Source of the DNA: Ramazzottius varieornatus
Lineage: Eukaryota > Animalia > Tardigrada
DNA: 64,000 bases
Assembly (NCBI GenBank): GCA_001949185.1
Contig: BDGG01000007.1
Location: 1,446,730 to 1,510,729 of the forward strand
Reading direction: 5' to 3'
Shown: piece after piece, positions 36,530 to 48,300 of the stretch
Layout of the letters: the number at the start of each line of letters is the position of its first letter
Position numbering within the stretch: position 1 is the stretch's first letter
Made by a program: the position numbers and the translations under genes
The notes under the pieces: generated by a model
Databases searched by the model: none
Seen by the model: the letters and a program-made list of their open reading frames with translations, nothing else
What the model was told of the DNA's origin: nothing

Positions 36530-39500
36530 ATGATTACTTACTGTAGTACTCTGTTTTACCGTTTGTTGTACACAGAACTTATCCATTGCGCCTGTTACTT
36601 CTTGGCGTATTTTACTCTTTGCAATTTGGTGGAAGCCGACTTGAACACTATTGTACTGAGCAAACTTGGAGATTCCAAAGTCATTTCGAGCACTGTGTCA
36701 AAAGACCGGAGACAGATATTCCACGTGACCGTTCCCGAAGGTTATCCGATCAAGGTATGTTCTGCTGTACGAGGTATATGTGCTGACAAGAATTTACTTG
36801 TTCTCTTTACCGCTTTGTTCAGATTATAAGGATCGTTTTATTAAGGTGCAATCCATCAAAGTTCAGATGGGTGTAGCGGACGACACTCCCGATTCACTTC
36901 AGAGATGCACGGAAGACGAAAACGTCCGCATATCTGATAGCCACTGTACGCTGGATCGAATTTCATATTGTTTGAAGATGTCGAATAAAATTGTTGTATA
37001 GTAATATGTAGAATTCCCATATTTACCGGTAGATCCCTATTCACCAATAAGTGCATCCTGTGGGAAGAAAGCCATCGATGTTGTTTCGTACGGAAACGAT
37101 GTGGTGCGTAAGTAACTGGTTTTTGTTGCTTACAGAAAAGTAGTTCAGATGAGTCGAGTTTAGTTGGGTTGAATTGAGTAGCGGTTTCGCGAATGTAGTA
37201 CAAAATTAAACTCTGTCGCCAATGCAGGCTATTCGTATCAACGTGCTGAACGGAAGCTTGGTGGAACTAAATGTCACCGGTGCGTACTAAACTCTGGTTG
37301 CTGCTGGATCGCTAGCCTTTTGCGCAGGCTGGAACGTTCTAATCCTGCACGAATTTTCAGCTGTTCCATGTGGACAAGACCATTATAAGTGTAGTTCCAA
37401 ACCAACTCAGTGTATCAAGATCGAACAAGTTTGTGACGGTATGCTCGAGTTTTGCTATTTGAGATGCAGGAAAATTGAGTTCACTCTGTTGATTGGGGGT
37501 ACATGAAACAGATGTCCGTGACTGTCCGGAAGGTGAAGACGAAATCTGTACGGACCAGTGCGGGGTCGCGGCCAAATCACGGCTTTGATGCAAAGATCTC
37601 CGGTGGACCGCAGGTTATTACAAACGTTTGACTCTAAGCGTTTTCCGACCCTACTTTCTCCTGAACCATCCACACAGATGTTTTAAACTTCTCTAGGCGA
37701 CGCCAAACGCTTTTCCCTGGTTGGTTCTGATCGAGGTAGAAAAGGATTCCTCAACATTGATTTGCGGAGGAACTATAGTAAGTGGCGTCTGTCATTCTTT
37801 TGAAGACATCATTGTTTTCTGCTTCTGTAGATTGCCAAGCAGTGGATACTAACAGCGGCGCACTGTACACAGGATTTCCAAGCGTAAGACATCAATAGGT
37901 GAAAGCGAATCCATTGTTTAACTTGTACCTTTGCAATTTCTTGTCATAATTCTTGTGTCTTAAATCCATAGAACGATTTCACCAAACCGCGTTAGAATTC
38001 ACTTAGCTGCGAACCAGCGGTCAGTCACGCCATCGCACCTGGTCAAAATGGCAGAAAGTATTTTGCACCACCCACTGCGCACGACCCGCTATAACTTTGA
38101 AATTACCGGGCTGCGCTACGATGTTACCCTGATCAAGCTGCGCGAGGTAGCTACTGTATTCCCTCGAAAGTTCTGCGCAGTCACATGACAGGGCTATAAA
38201 ATAATCCCAGGACCTGCTGACTGAACCACGATCAGTTTTTGGGCCTGTCATGTGACTGCGCAGAACTTTCGAGGGAATACAGTACCATCCAGGCGTTGCC
38301 TCACATGCGTATCGATGAAGTTATGAGTCGAATATCTGGGCTTGCAGCCGATGACGTTCACGCAACACGTTAGCCCAATCTGTCTGCCAGGAAAAAACGA
38401 GGAAACGAGCGGGTGCGTCGTCGCAGGTTGGGGTAAAATGGAGAACGCTAACTGGAAAGTCAACGAATTGCACGAAGCCAACATCACAGTGCATGCCAAC
38501 CAAGAATGCAGTACCTTGACTGATTTCCCCACACTGCTCCCTCCAGAAAACATCTGTGCTGGTGGCAATGGAACAACGCTGTAGGTTGTATTCTTCAATC
38601 CTTTGAAGACGTACCACTGTTGACCGATCAATTTGCCGCGCAGAGGTGAAGGTGACAGTGGCGGTCCGTTGCAGTGCCGCATTCCCGATTCGTCTCCCGC
38701 CAAATGGCAAGCAATGGGCATCGGTACCATCGTTACCAAGCGAAACATCACCAAACGACCTTCGATCTTCAACAGCGTTCGTCGTGCCATGCCGTGGATC
38801 GCAGACGTGTACGAGAACAAGTACGAAGGATGGCGCAGTACCGACACCATCGCAGAGTATAACGCCCGAACACCGGAAAAAGCACCCACTTCGTCCACCG
38901 TCGCAACTATGACGTCACCAGCTACCGCGCCACCTGTGCTACCTGATGTGATCAACCTCACAACGTTAAGTTCGACCAATGTAGTATCTCCGCCCCGCGG
39001 TGTGCTACCGTTTCAGCAGGAGACTGTGATTAACGGAAACGGTCATCGAATGCAGGTTGGTTAGCATCGCAAGACTGGAAGACCTGACATCAGGTTGTTG
39101 GGATCTCCGTTATGGTCACACCAAGGCATAAGCCTGTAGGTGTAATCCTTGTGCATGTTGCAGGTCGTATCGCGGAAGTTCAACGTCAGTGTCGGTTTTC
39201 CCGGTGGTAGTTGTGACGACAGGCATTCAGTGGTCAAAATCGTCGATCTGAAATGTCAGTTCAGGAAACCTTACAGCCCAATACAAACCTTTCGTTCGAT
39301 AGCAGTAACATTGCGGTTCTTCTCGACAGATCCGGACTTTCCAATGATCTGGGCATGCGGTACCACTGGCTTTGACGTAACCTCATTTAGTGACCGGCTG
39401 GTAAAATACTTCACGATAATCTTTGGTAGTCGAACTGCCCATACGCCAAAGCGTGCTTTTGCAGACTATGACATCCTTGATGAAAGATGCAGAAGACCTC

Positions 39501-41146
39501 TTCGAGTTTACGATTGAATTCAAAGGTAATGTCGTCGCCATATTTTTTATTCTGCGTCCACTAACCAGCTGCAGTCCCAACTTTTGCTCTGCTTGCAGCG
39601 GTTTCTTGCGGTCAGGAAGACTACGTCTGTTCGTCGAACAGCACCAAGTGCATCCCGCTGGAAAAAATGTGCGACGGTAGGATAACACGGATTTTGAGTT
39701 TTGCGTTGACCATCCGGCCACTCAAAACTCTGTAGACTTGAGAGAAAACTATGTCGGTAGGTAGTCGTGATTGTCCAGAATGAGAGGATGAGATTTGCGG
39801 AGGACAGTGTGGTTTACCGGCCAAGCAACCCCCGGGTTATGCCAGCGAGGTAAATACCTCCCACTTGCGCGTTTCGCAACAGCGACGGACCAAAAAGCTA
39901 TTGTTTTCGTAGATCACATCAGCCGAATGGCCGTGGCAAGCAACTGTCAGCGTCGGTTACGGAGGAAAAGATGGCTTTTGTGGAGGTACCATCGTAAGTC
40001 GTCTAGTTGACGACTGCTTCGGTCGGCTGAAACACTAGGCTATTCTGCATTTTGTAGATTGGGAACCGGTGGATTCTGACTTCGGCAACGTGTGTACGAA
40101 ACATCAGCGATCCAAGGTACCACTCTTCGGCCAAAACGACGCGCTCGGGGTGTTCGTATTAACCCTCAAAATGGCTTTATGGTTTGCAGTCGAAACGTGG
40201 AGACCGAGCATGTGATGGTTAGCTTGGGTGACCGGTACGCTGTCGAGAAGGATTACGACAACAGTCCAGTCATGCGGAGAACACTGGCGAAATTCATCGC
40301 TCATCCGGGATACATCGACAAATTTAGCGCCAGGCTAAACGTCCCCGTGCACGAAATCGCACTTCTGAAACTGAAAGAGGTGACTAAATTTTCGGACTGT
40401 TCGTCTGCCTTGATTGATGCAAATATTCTGACACGGATTTTATTTGCACAGCCGATTGTGTTCAGCGCAGACGTCAGCGCGGTTTGTCTTACTCCGGTAC
40501 CATCAGCGGAACTTTCGAGGACATGCATGAATACTGGTTGGGGAGCCAAAGGGCGATACGAACCAGCTTACAAAAGGCTGCACCTCGCTCCATTGAAGAT
40601 ACTACCAAGCACTAACTGTATCAGTTGTCCTGACTTCAGAGGTGGCGTCACTCCTGACGGATTGTGTGCTGGACAAGACACCGATCAAAAGTATGAAAGG
40701 GGTGTTTTTATGAGACACAAGGGCTGAATCATTCATTCTACGTTCCGATAACAGGTGTGACGGTGATATCGGAGGACCACTGGTCTGTCCAGATTCTTTG
40801 GAAGGAAGAACGCCCAAATGGCACTTGGTGGGTGTTACATCGTACAAGACCTACTTCACCGCATGTGGTCAGAAAAAAAGCACCGGCGCTTTTTTCTCGA
40901 GTACAAGCAGCTTTGCCATTCATCGCTGATGTTTTGTACAAAGAAGGCAAAGCCAGGTTGATCGAAACGCCTTCCACCCCCGGCCCCTCCAATCCACCCT
41001 GCGGAATCACTTCTGGAAACAGTCCTGGTAGCGGGCTACCAGGCGGTGGCACTGGAGTTAATCCTGGCAGCAGTAACGGCGGCGTTACCGATATCTCGTC
41101 TTCTAGCAGGGGAAACATGAACTTACCAAAAGGGCAATGGCAGTAA
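36530..41146 (+). pseudogene. Secreted two-module (CUB-like, LDLa, trypsin) x2 serine protease gene with three reading-frame lesions
   Basis: Module 1: CIKIEQVCD..DCPEGEDEICTDQCG, K-ISGG, LTAAHC, YDVTLIKL, GDSGGPL. Module 2: CIPLEKMCD..DCPE*EDEIC, LTSATC, HEIALLKL, GDIGGPL. Lesions are +1 at the G-run 37562-37565, TGA at 39781-39783, and +1 at the A-run 40873-40879. Confidence 0.75.
38154..38282. mobile_element. MITE, CTGTATTCCCTCG family, perfect 39-bp TIRs, TA-flanked, intronic
   Basis: ctgtattccctcgaaagttctgcgcagtcacatgacagg and its exact reverse complement; TA at 38152-38153 and 38283-38284. Confidence 0.9.
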
Positions 41147-41473
41147 CGGCTTCAACCTTGACTGCTCTAATCCTGCTCACGGGTGGTGTAGGTACCTGCG
41201 TTTCGAGTAGCGGTTTCTAGGCAGCCCCTGAAGTTTCAGTCGTTCTAGTAAACTAAAGTGTCAGGGCCAAGTTACACGACAAACTATATATGGCACGGGC
41301 TGCTTCGGCAGTTAGCTACTCAATATACTTGGACCTAATACAGCAGTTTCCAAAATCTGGTTGCTGCCACAATACCTTGAGCTGTCAGTTATCGATGGTT
41401 TGTTATTTCTGTACTACGTAAACCGATGTCTCATGGTTATTGCGCAGAATGATAGAGCATATCAAGCTGTGAT

Positions 41474-41983
41474 ATGTCATTCGTCGTGCTGTTCTACCTT
41501 TGTCTCGCTATGTGGCTGGTGACCGTGGAGAGTAAGGGCTCAGGACTTTTGGCGCGCATAAGATCGGCGATGACATCCATCGGCGCCGAAAGACAGAGCA
41601 ATCTCTGGAGATCCGTTGCTTCCGATCCTGCACCGTCAACTCCAGCGACAACAGAGCCTTCTAGCACAGCCAAACTTCGCACTGAGGTATTACCCTACTC
41701 AAAACCATGGGTGGAGCCCCTGCCTGAGGAAATGGAGTCTCCCGAGACCGATAAGCCCTGGGATGGGCTGTCACCCACAATAACGGACGAGCCAGATACA
41801 TGGGTATGGCCAGATAAATTTACTACACATAATACAGAGACAACTGCGGAATGGGACAGAGTGCTCGACGTGGAAAAAGCTCTTGACGTTGGCAGGAGAC
41901 GGCGCCAGGCGGCAACGTCATTGGAAAACTCCCGTTGCAACCTGGTTATTTTCGGCTTAGCTCTGCTTTACATTTATCTTTAG
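41474..41983 (+). CDS. Hypothetical secreted protein (signal peptide, Pro/Thr/Glu-rich, furin-like RRRR site); 3' end uncertain
   Basis: MSFVVLFYLCLAMWLVTVES leader, PAPSTPATTEP, KPW repeats, GRRRRQA. Confidence 0.5.
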   Translation: MSFVVLFYLCLAMWLVTVESKGSGLLARIRSAMTSIGAERQSNLWRSVASDPAPSTPATTEPSSTAKLRTEVLPYSKPWVEPLPEEMESPETDKPWDGLSPTITDEPDTWVWPDKFTTHNTETTAEWDRVLDVEKALDVGRRRRQAATSLENSRCNLVIFGLALLYIYL

Positions 41984-43104
41984 GCCGGGTGTGTAGTAGA
42001 ATTCTCCACATGAACAGAGGTGCAACACACAGACAAGCTCCATGGTCGCAAGAGTATACTGCTTGATCGAGTACACTTTACACACACTTTACTTTGATGC
42101 ATTCTAAAAAGGTCGCCGTCGAAAGGTCGGGATTTGTCGGACGGATAAACAACAGCCTTCAGTAATCAGTTCCGATTGGATCAGGGATCACTTCCGTAAT
42201 CCAGTGTAAACACAAAGCAATCGCTTGAGTTCCTCAATATGGTCTCCGGAAGACGCAAATACCACCAAAATCAAGCGTCCCATCATCCACAAAGCCAGTG
42301 AAACACACGTGCACGAAATCGCCCTTGGAGCGTCCATGATCATGAGTGGCCATAACGTGAAATTGTTACCTCGAATCCCTTGATTTGTTTCGTGTGAGTT
42401 GGTGATGTGATTTTTCGATGGCTCTTCCTGTAAAATTTTGTGGATGATTATTTGACTAAAATTGTCACTTGCGATTTTTTGAGCCAATGATTAGCGCGTC
42501 GTTGTACAGGAAGTATGCATCCTTGCACTCCAACGCTGGACCGGTCGAAAATATCATCGGGATAACCTATCTACCGACTGTACTGCAGCGAGGAAATGTG
42601 AGTAAGCATGCAATTTCGAAGACTTTTAGCGCACTCGCAAGGGTCTGTAAACAGGCTCTTCACTGCGTACCGATGCAGATCGACGATGGAATGCGACACG
42701 TTGTAAACAGCCCCGAATTCGTGGCGACTCCGGAGACTTGAAGAAAGAGTCAGCGTCGCCAGAGAGGTGGAAGCGAGAGCCGGAAGTCTGGTGGCGCACC
42801 CGCTCTGAGCGAACATCGTCTGCGCTTTCAATCTTTTGTTCTTGTTTATAATATGAAATTATTTTTGTGGAATTTTCAGCAGGTCCACCTCGCATTTGGC
42901 GGACCCGAGACGCGTGACAAAATCTGCAACCAAAGTTACCAAAACCCTGAAACCAAAGGCAAAAAGCGGCGGTTAGACGCGGTTTGAACCTTCGACCATG
43001 CTACCAACTGACGTCATTTCTCTGCAAATTTTTCAAGCAGCACGGAGTCTGCCAGCCTGCCGTTCGGCTAACTTCACTTTTTGGAGATTTAATTATTTCT
43101 AAAG

Positions 43105-44741
43105 ATGCCTCGGCAAAAGAAAATCTCCAAGCGCTCCAAGAAGGACGAGGACGACGAAGAAGGTAATGTTGTATCATCTGTTCTTTTCCACATCCCCCCG
43201 ACGTTCTCTTTTACAGCCTCAACGCCCACCAAGTCGAAAATTGTCAAGAAGACTGGAAAGAGGAATAAGAAAGATGGACCGACGACTAAGCTGCGTCGCT
43301 CCACCCGTCGAAAAGATCCTCACAAGTTCTCCCACTATGTGGAACAGCTCCATGCCCTGCCAGCTACCAAGATTGGGTTGGGGATGATCGTCAAAGCCCT
43401 GAACGAACGCTTAGATGACATGATTGGAACATACGGTCTGGAAGAAGGTGATCTGAACGATGGTGTCTCACTAGCCTCGCTTCTCGAAACTGTCAACAAC
43501 CTACCGGAAGTGAAGGCGGCCGGACCGTATGGCAAGGTGGGTATGCACGTCCGGAAGGACACTTTGGATCAGCTACAAGAAGAATTGAATGAAGACGCGT
43601 TGAACCGAGCTGTCTTGAGCGAAACGCAACCGGAGCCCGGAGAAGCGCTGGCTGACGAGGGATATGGATCCATGCCTGTTGATGGGGATGTAACGCTGTC
43701 GAATTTGGAGCTGGAAGCGGAAAGTGCTCAGGAGACGCTGGAAGGACTTGACCGGGATCTACTAGGAGTTAACAGTCAGGCAGCTCTGGACAAGATCACC
43801 AAGTTTGTGACGAAGACTATCGCGGATAATCATCCAGGAAAGAATGCTCCTCCAAGTAAGCTCCTTGTTCGATTGATTGATCAGAAGGCATTGATTGATC
43901 CCTGCTGGTTTGACTTGCGCATGTTAATACGTATACGTCATCAGAGTTGTGTGATGTAGAAGAGATATGCAAGTGTTGCATCAGTCATTTGACGCCCTAC
44001 GTTAGCTGATGGCGTGTATCGTGGACAGTGCACTGAAAACTGCTGTTACGCATGGTGCGTCACTCACCTGCATACATTTTATATCCAGGTGCTTCCGCCT
44101 TGGTTCTTCCGACCCAAGAAAACCCCACGTCTTCCCTTCGTTCTCAGGCGAAAGCGCCTTCTCCTTTCAAGTTCGCTTTCCTGTCGGTAGTGGCAACCTA
44201 CGACGCAAAATGCCACGTACCTTTGCAAGACCTACACGCTCGTCTGCGTTGCGTCGACTTTGACCCGACATGGTTTCACAGTGCGGCGCTGACATTCCCC
44301 AAGTCCGAATGTCGGGTGGCCATCTTCGAGAACGGTAAGTTTGTCATTACGGGTGTAACCACCATCAAAATGAGTCTGATAGCCGCACGGAACGTGCTGG
44401 AGATTTTCAAGATGTGCGACTACAACCCGGAAATCAACAAGCGCAACTTCAAAGCCAAAAACCTGACGGCCATGCTGGATCTGGGAGTCAACATCGACAT
44501 TGCCGGCTTCGCCGAGAAGTATCCGGCCAATACCTACATGGACCAAGACACCTTTGGTGCCATCACGCACTTTCCAGAGAAGTCGCCCAATTTGATCCAG
44601 AAGGGCGGACTGGGGCTGTGTATGCTGATCTTCGCGACAGGAAGGATCGTCTTGGTCGGTGGCAAGACGGAGAAACATATGATTACCGTTTTCCGAGACA
44701 AAGTCATGCACATTCTGAAACCCTTTGCCTTTGGCTGGTGA
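43105..44741 (+). CDS. Highly divergent TATA-box-binding protein family member (TBP-related factor) with ~270-aa basic/acidic N-terminal extension
   Basis: Exons 43105-43162, 43217-43855 and 44089-44741 join in frame (449 aa). The C-terminus has both TBP repeats: SVVATYDAKC..L..L...FDPTWFHSA...VAIFENGKFVITG and FKAKNLTA...IDIAGFA...QDTFGAI...MLIFATGRIVLVGGK...ILKPF. Confidence 0.85.
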
Positions 44742-45397
44742 CAAAATCTACTGTTGAGTTCAGAAACCTGTCCACGAGTTCGTCTTTGACATTGATTCGG
44801 CCTGTATTATGCTCCGTCACTCTGCTTATTTGGCTCTGAAGTAGTTGAAAAACGGTGTACAGTGGAAAACGCCATACACAGTATCTTCGAGTTTCTGCCA
44901 GAACCAAACAGGATGTTTTGTATTTGTGGTGGTTTGCCGTGACAAAGGTGGAGGGAGTTGTCGCTCTTTACGTCCAGTCAAACTGAAATGCGCTGCCAAG
45001 GGTCAATCAAAGCCAATCAGCTGTCTGGTGACTGTGGTCGACAGCTCTCTCAAGCTGCAACTGCTCAACCAATCCCTGCAAGTAAACTCCAGTAGAAGCG
45101 TTGCGGACAGAGAAGAGTTGTAGTGACCATGACACGAAGGAACCAAGTTCAGGGGAATTGAGATAGTTTACTGCGCCATTGAAGATAGCCTGTACAGGAA
45201 TGCCTCCATTCAAATTAAAAGAGGGGTTGTACAGTTTCATCTTGCAGCAGACGGCGGCCCACGGCAAGGCAGCAACAAGGAGAGAAGAGCGTCCAGCCCG
45301 AAATCTGGACAAATCACACCAAAAATAGAATTGTTTATATACTGGCAAAGCGCAAGGCAGCCGCTGCCTCAACAACTTCTGCAAGCGCTCAGCCTGC

Positions 45398-48300
45398 TCA
45401 AAATGCATATCGTTTCTTGGCGCTGCCTTTCTTCCTGGTAGAAGGTGGATGGTCCAAAGCCTGGTCTTTTTCCGACAGATGCATGAGATTCCCAATGCCC
45501 AGTTTGGCTTCAGAGTTGGCGCGCAGCGTTGGACGGGGTGGAGCAGCAGAGTCAGGGCGGTCTGCCGGTGCCAAGGCCGAGCCTTCTCGCGGATTGCGCA
45601 GCTATACAAGTTAGAAGACAAAACAAGATTAAATTAGCCGCAGTGTTTCCATTAGCAAGATGGACTGCCAGCTATGCCCACCTTATCACAGAGAGATTCC
45701 ATGCTGCCTTTCCAGCTGAAGGAATGCTTGGGAAGGACGGGCGGGCCAGTGGGTAGCAAGAGGCTCGACTGTGAAGGCTGCCGCCCAGCCGGGCCACAAA
45801 GTCCACTTGGCGGCGGCGTGGCACCTGTGTCCAGTGCTGGCGCTACAGGTAAAGAGCTGAAAGAGTTGAAGGGCAGAAGAAGAGATCGTGCTGCTAGAGC
45901 CGAGCGCGGTCCTCCGTTGGCCAGCACCGCTGCCAGTGGCGGAGGCGAGGTTAGGCGCTGTAAGGGTGGTCCGTCGGTGGACAATGGCGGCGGATAATGC
46001 GCTGGCTGGTGGGAGAGTGGCCGTGGCGGCAAGTGGGCCAGGCGAGGGTCTTGCTCCAGCAGCGGACCAGTCTCGGCCAGGGACTGGAGCAGCAGCTCAC
46101 TGCTCATAGCCGCTTCGGGCGGAGGTTGCTGCCGATGAAAGATCTGCGCATAGGGGGCACTGCTGCTGAGCTTGACTTCCAAGCCATTCTCCACCAGCTT
46201 CTCGCACTGGGCGAACATGGCTTGCCGTTGCTTCTCCACATCTTCCCGCTCTTGCTTGGCCTTCATCTATCAAGGAAAAAGAGGCCGATCAAAGCTTTGT
46301 TTTCCAACGCGGTCTGCACCGCCGTGTTCAGCCTCCTGGTTATGCGGCACCGATTGGCCCTGTGTGTCTTATGGCCTTACCATGTCAGCGTCCAGTTGTT
46401 TGCGTAGCTTGTCCAGTTGCTGACGTTCATCATCCCGCTGGGCCTGCCATTGGCACTTGTCCCTGGCCAGCGCCTCTTGGAGGGCGCGCAATTCCTCCAG
46501 TTGCCCGCTATGCTTGTTGAGGCGTTTGTCGCGGCCTTCCATGACGGCCATCTTGTGCTGGGCAGCTGCGTACTTGTGGCGCAGGGCCTCGACGGCCGTC
46601 AGGTGCTGGGCCAGGCCGTCGGTCAGCTGGTTGAGGTGATGGGCCAGCTGGATGAGGGCAGGCACTAGTGTGGCTTGCTCGTCGGAGAGGACGGCCGACA
46701 GACGAGGACTGGAGGAGGCCGAGGGCGAGCTGCCGTCGCCGCTCTCGCGCCCCGACAGCGTGCTGGGCGACAAGGAAGTCCGACTGACGGCCAGCGACAC
46801 TTGGTCCAACGGCACAGCCTGGGCCTCAGACTGCTCTGGCTGGCAGGCAGGCGACAAAGTGCCGTTCAGCGGCGAGGCACTTCGCCGTTGCCGCGGGGGA
46901 TTCTGTAGGGGGCAAGAGACAAGAGGATAAGGTGTCACACATCTATCAATAGCAGCGTATCGAAGGGAGGTTGCTTACTTTCATACTGGTGGAACGGCCA
47001 GCAGTGCTGGTCAGCGCTGGCATCTCGCTCTTGTTGTCGAAGCCACCAAATGTCTCGTGGCGTCGGGCTGGCGCTTGAGCGCTAACTCCCAGGTGGACAG
47101 TGGGAAGTGGCTCGGGACTGGCTTGGCCGAGCAGCTCACCGTAAGGCCACGACGGTATGCGGCGCTGCACCTCCTCTTTGCCGTCGTCCCTGCGCTGACC
47201 TTGGCCTTCGCTGGGCAAGGCCGCTGCCGTCAAGAAGCAACACAGCTTGTCGGCCTGCCGCACGGCCTCCTGCGCTGATTGCAGCAACTCTTCGCCGCCT
47301 TCCTGCAGGTTACCTTCCTCCATGTCCAGCAAGGGCGGGCGATGAAGGCGGTAGTTGGTCATGCCGGCACAGCTGGCCATTTGTTGCAGCAGCTGCTCCT
47401 TCTCCAGACATAACCTACGGATGCCATCGTCTCTCAGCCGACACGCTGCTGCAAAGCAACAAAGACTCGATGAAGGGTAAGGCGCAGCAAGACTGGGCGC
47501 AAAAAACGAGGGAGCACTCACCAACGACATCGTCAATGCGCTTGATGTGAGCCGTGTAATTGTCCAAAAAGAGGGCGTCGGCCAAGTCGTCGCCATCCAT
47601 GGCCGAGGAGGCGCGCAGGTTGCCGCCATGGTCGCGGGCCGCCTCAATTTCTTTACGCAGCTTGTCGCGCTCTTTGGCCGTCTCACAGGTCAGCTCGTAG
47701 GGCGTACGCAGCTCCTGCGAAACCAAGTACAGGCTGCGCTCCTCGGCGCCGGCCGTTTCCGGCTTCAGTCGTAGGACCAAGTCCTGCAGGTGGATGACGG
47801 CTCGGTCCCGTTTACTGTCAATGCTGGCCCAGCTGTACTTGTCGCGGCCGGCGCTGTTGCTCAGCAGGACCAGCACGTCGGACATGACCAGCAGCGTCAC
47901 GCTCAGCGCCTTCTTTTCTTCCTCCTTGCTGGAACGCTGAATCTGCACTTGGCGCGCTTCAAACAACAAGGTGCGCCGGTCCAGCAGATTGTGCTTCTAT
48001 ACAGCAACACCACCCCCCGTCTATTACTCTCTCCAGCCTTCTTTATATCCATCTCCCCTACCCACTAATTGACCTACCTTCCATTCTTCGGCCGGCCCGT
48101 AGGGAGTGCCGTCGCGACCCACCAGCGTCGACTTGGAGTCGAAAGAACGGTAGATGCGCCCCAGTTCCTCCTTGAGCTTCTGCTGGTCCAGCTCGCGGTT
48201 GACGTGGGAGATGACGTCGTCGACGTAATGGCAGGCGCGCGCCATCAGGCCGTAGTCGCCACTGCTCTCTGCAACAAACAACAACAAGGTCCTATCGTCG

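Noticed and set aside
38248-38979. Long antisense ORFs (also 6509-7000, 32066-32713, 44232-44744, 60802-61359)
   Set aside because: They are shadows of real coding exons on the opposite strand.
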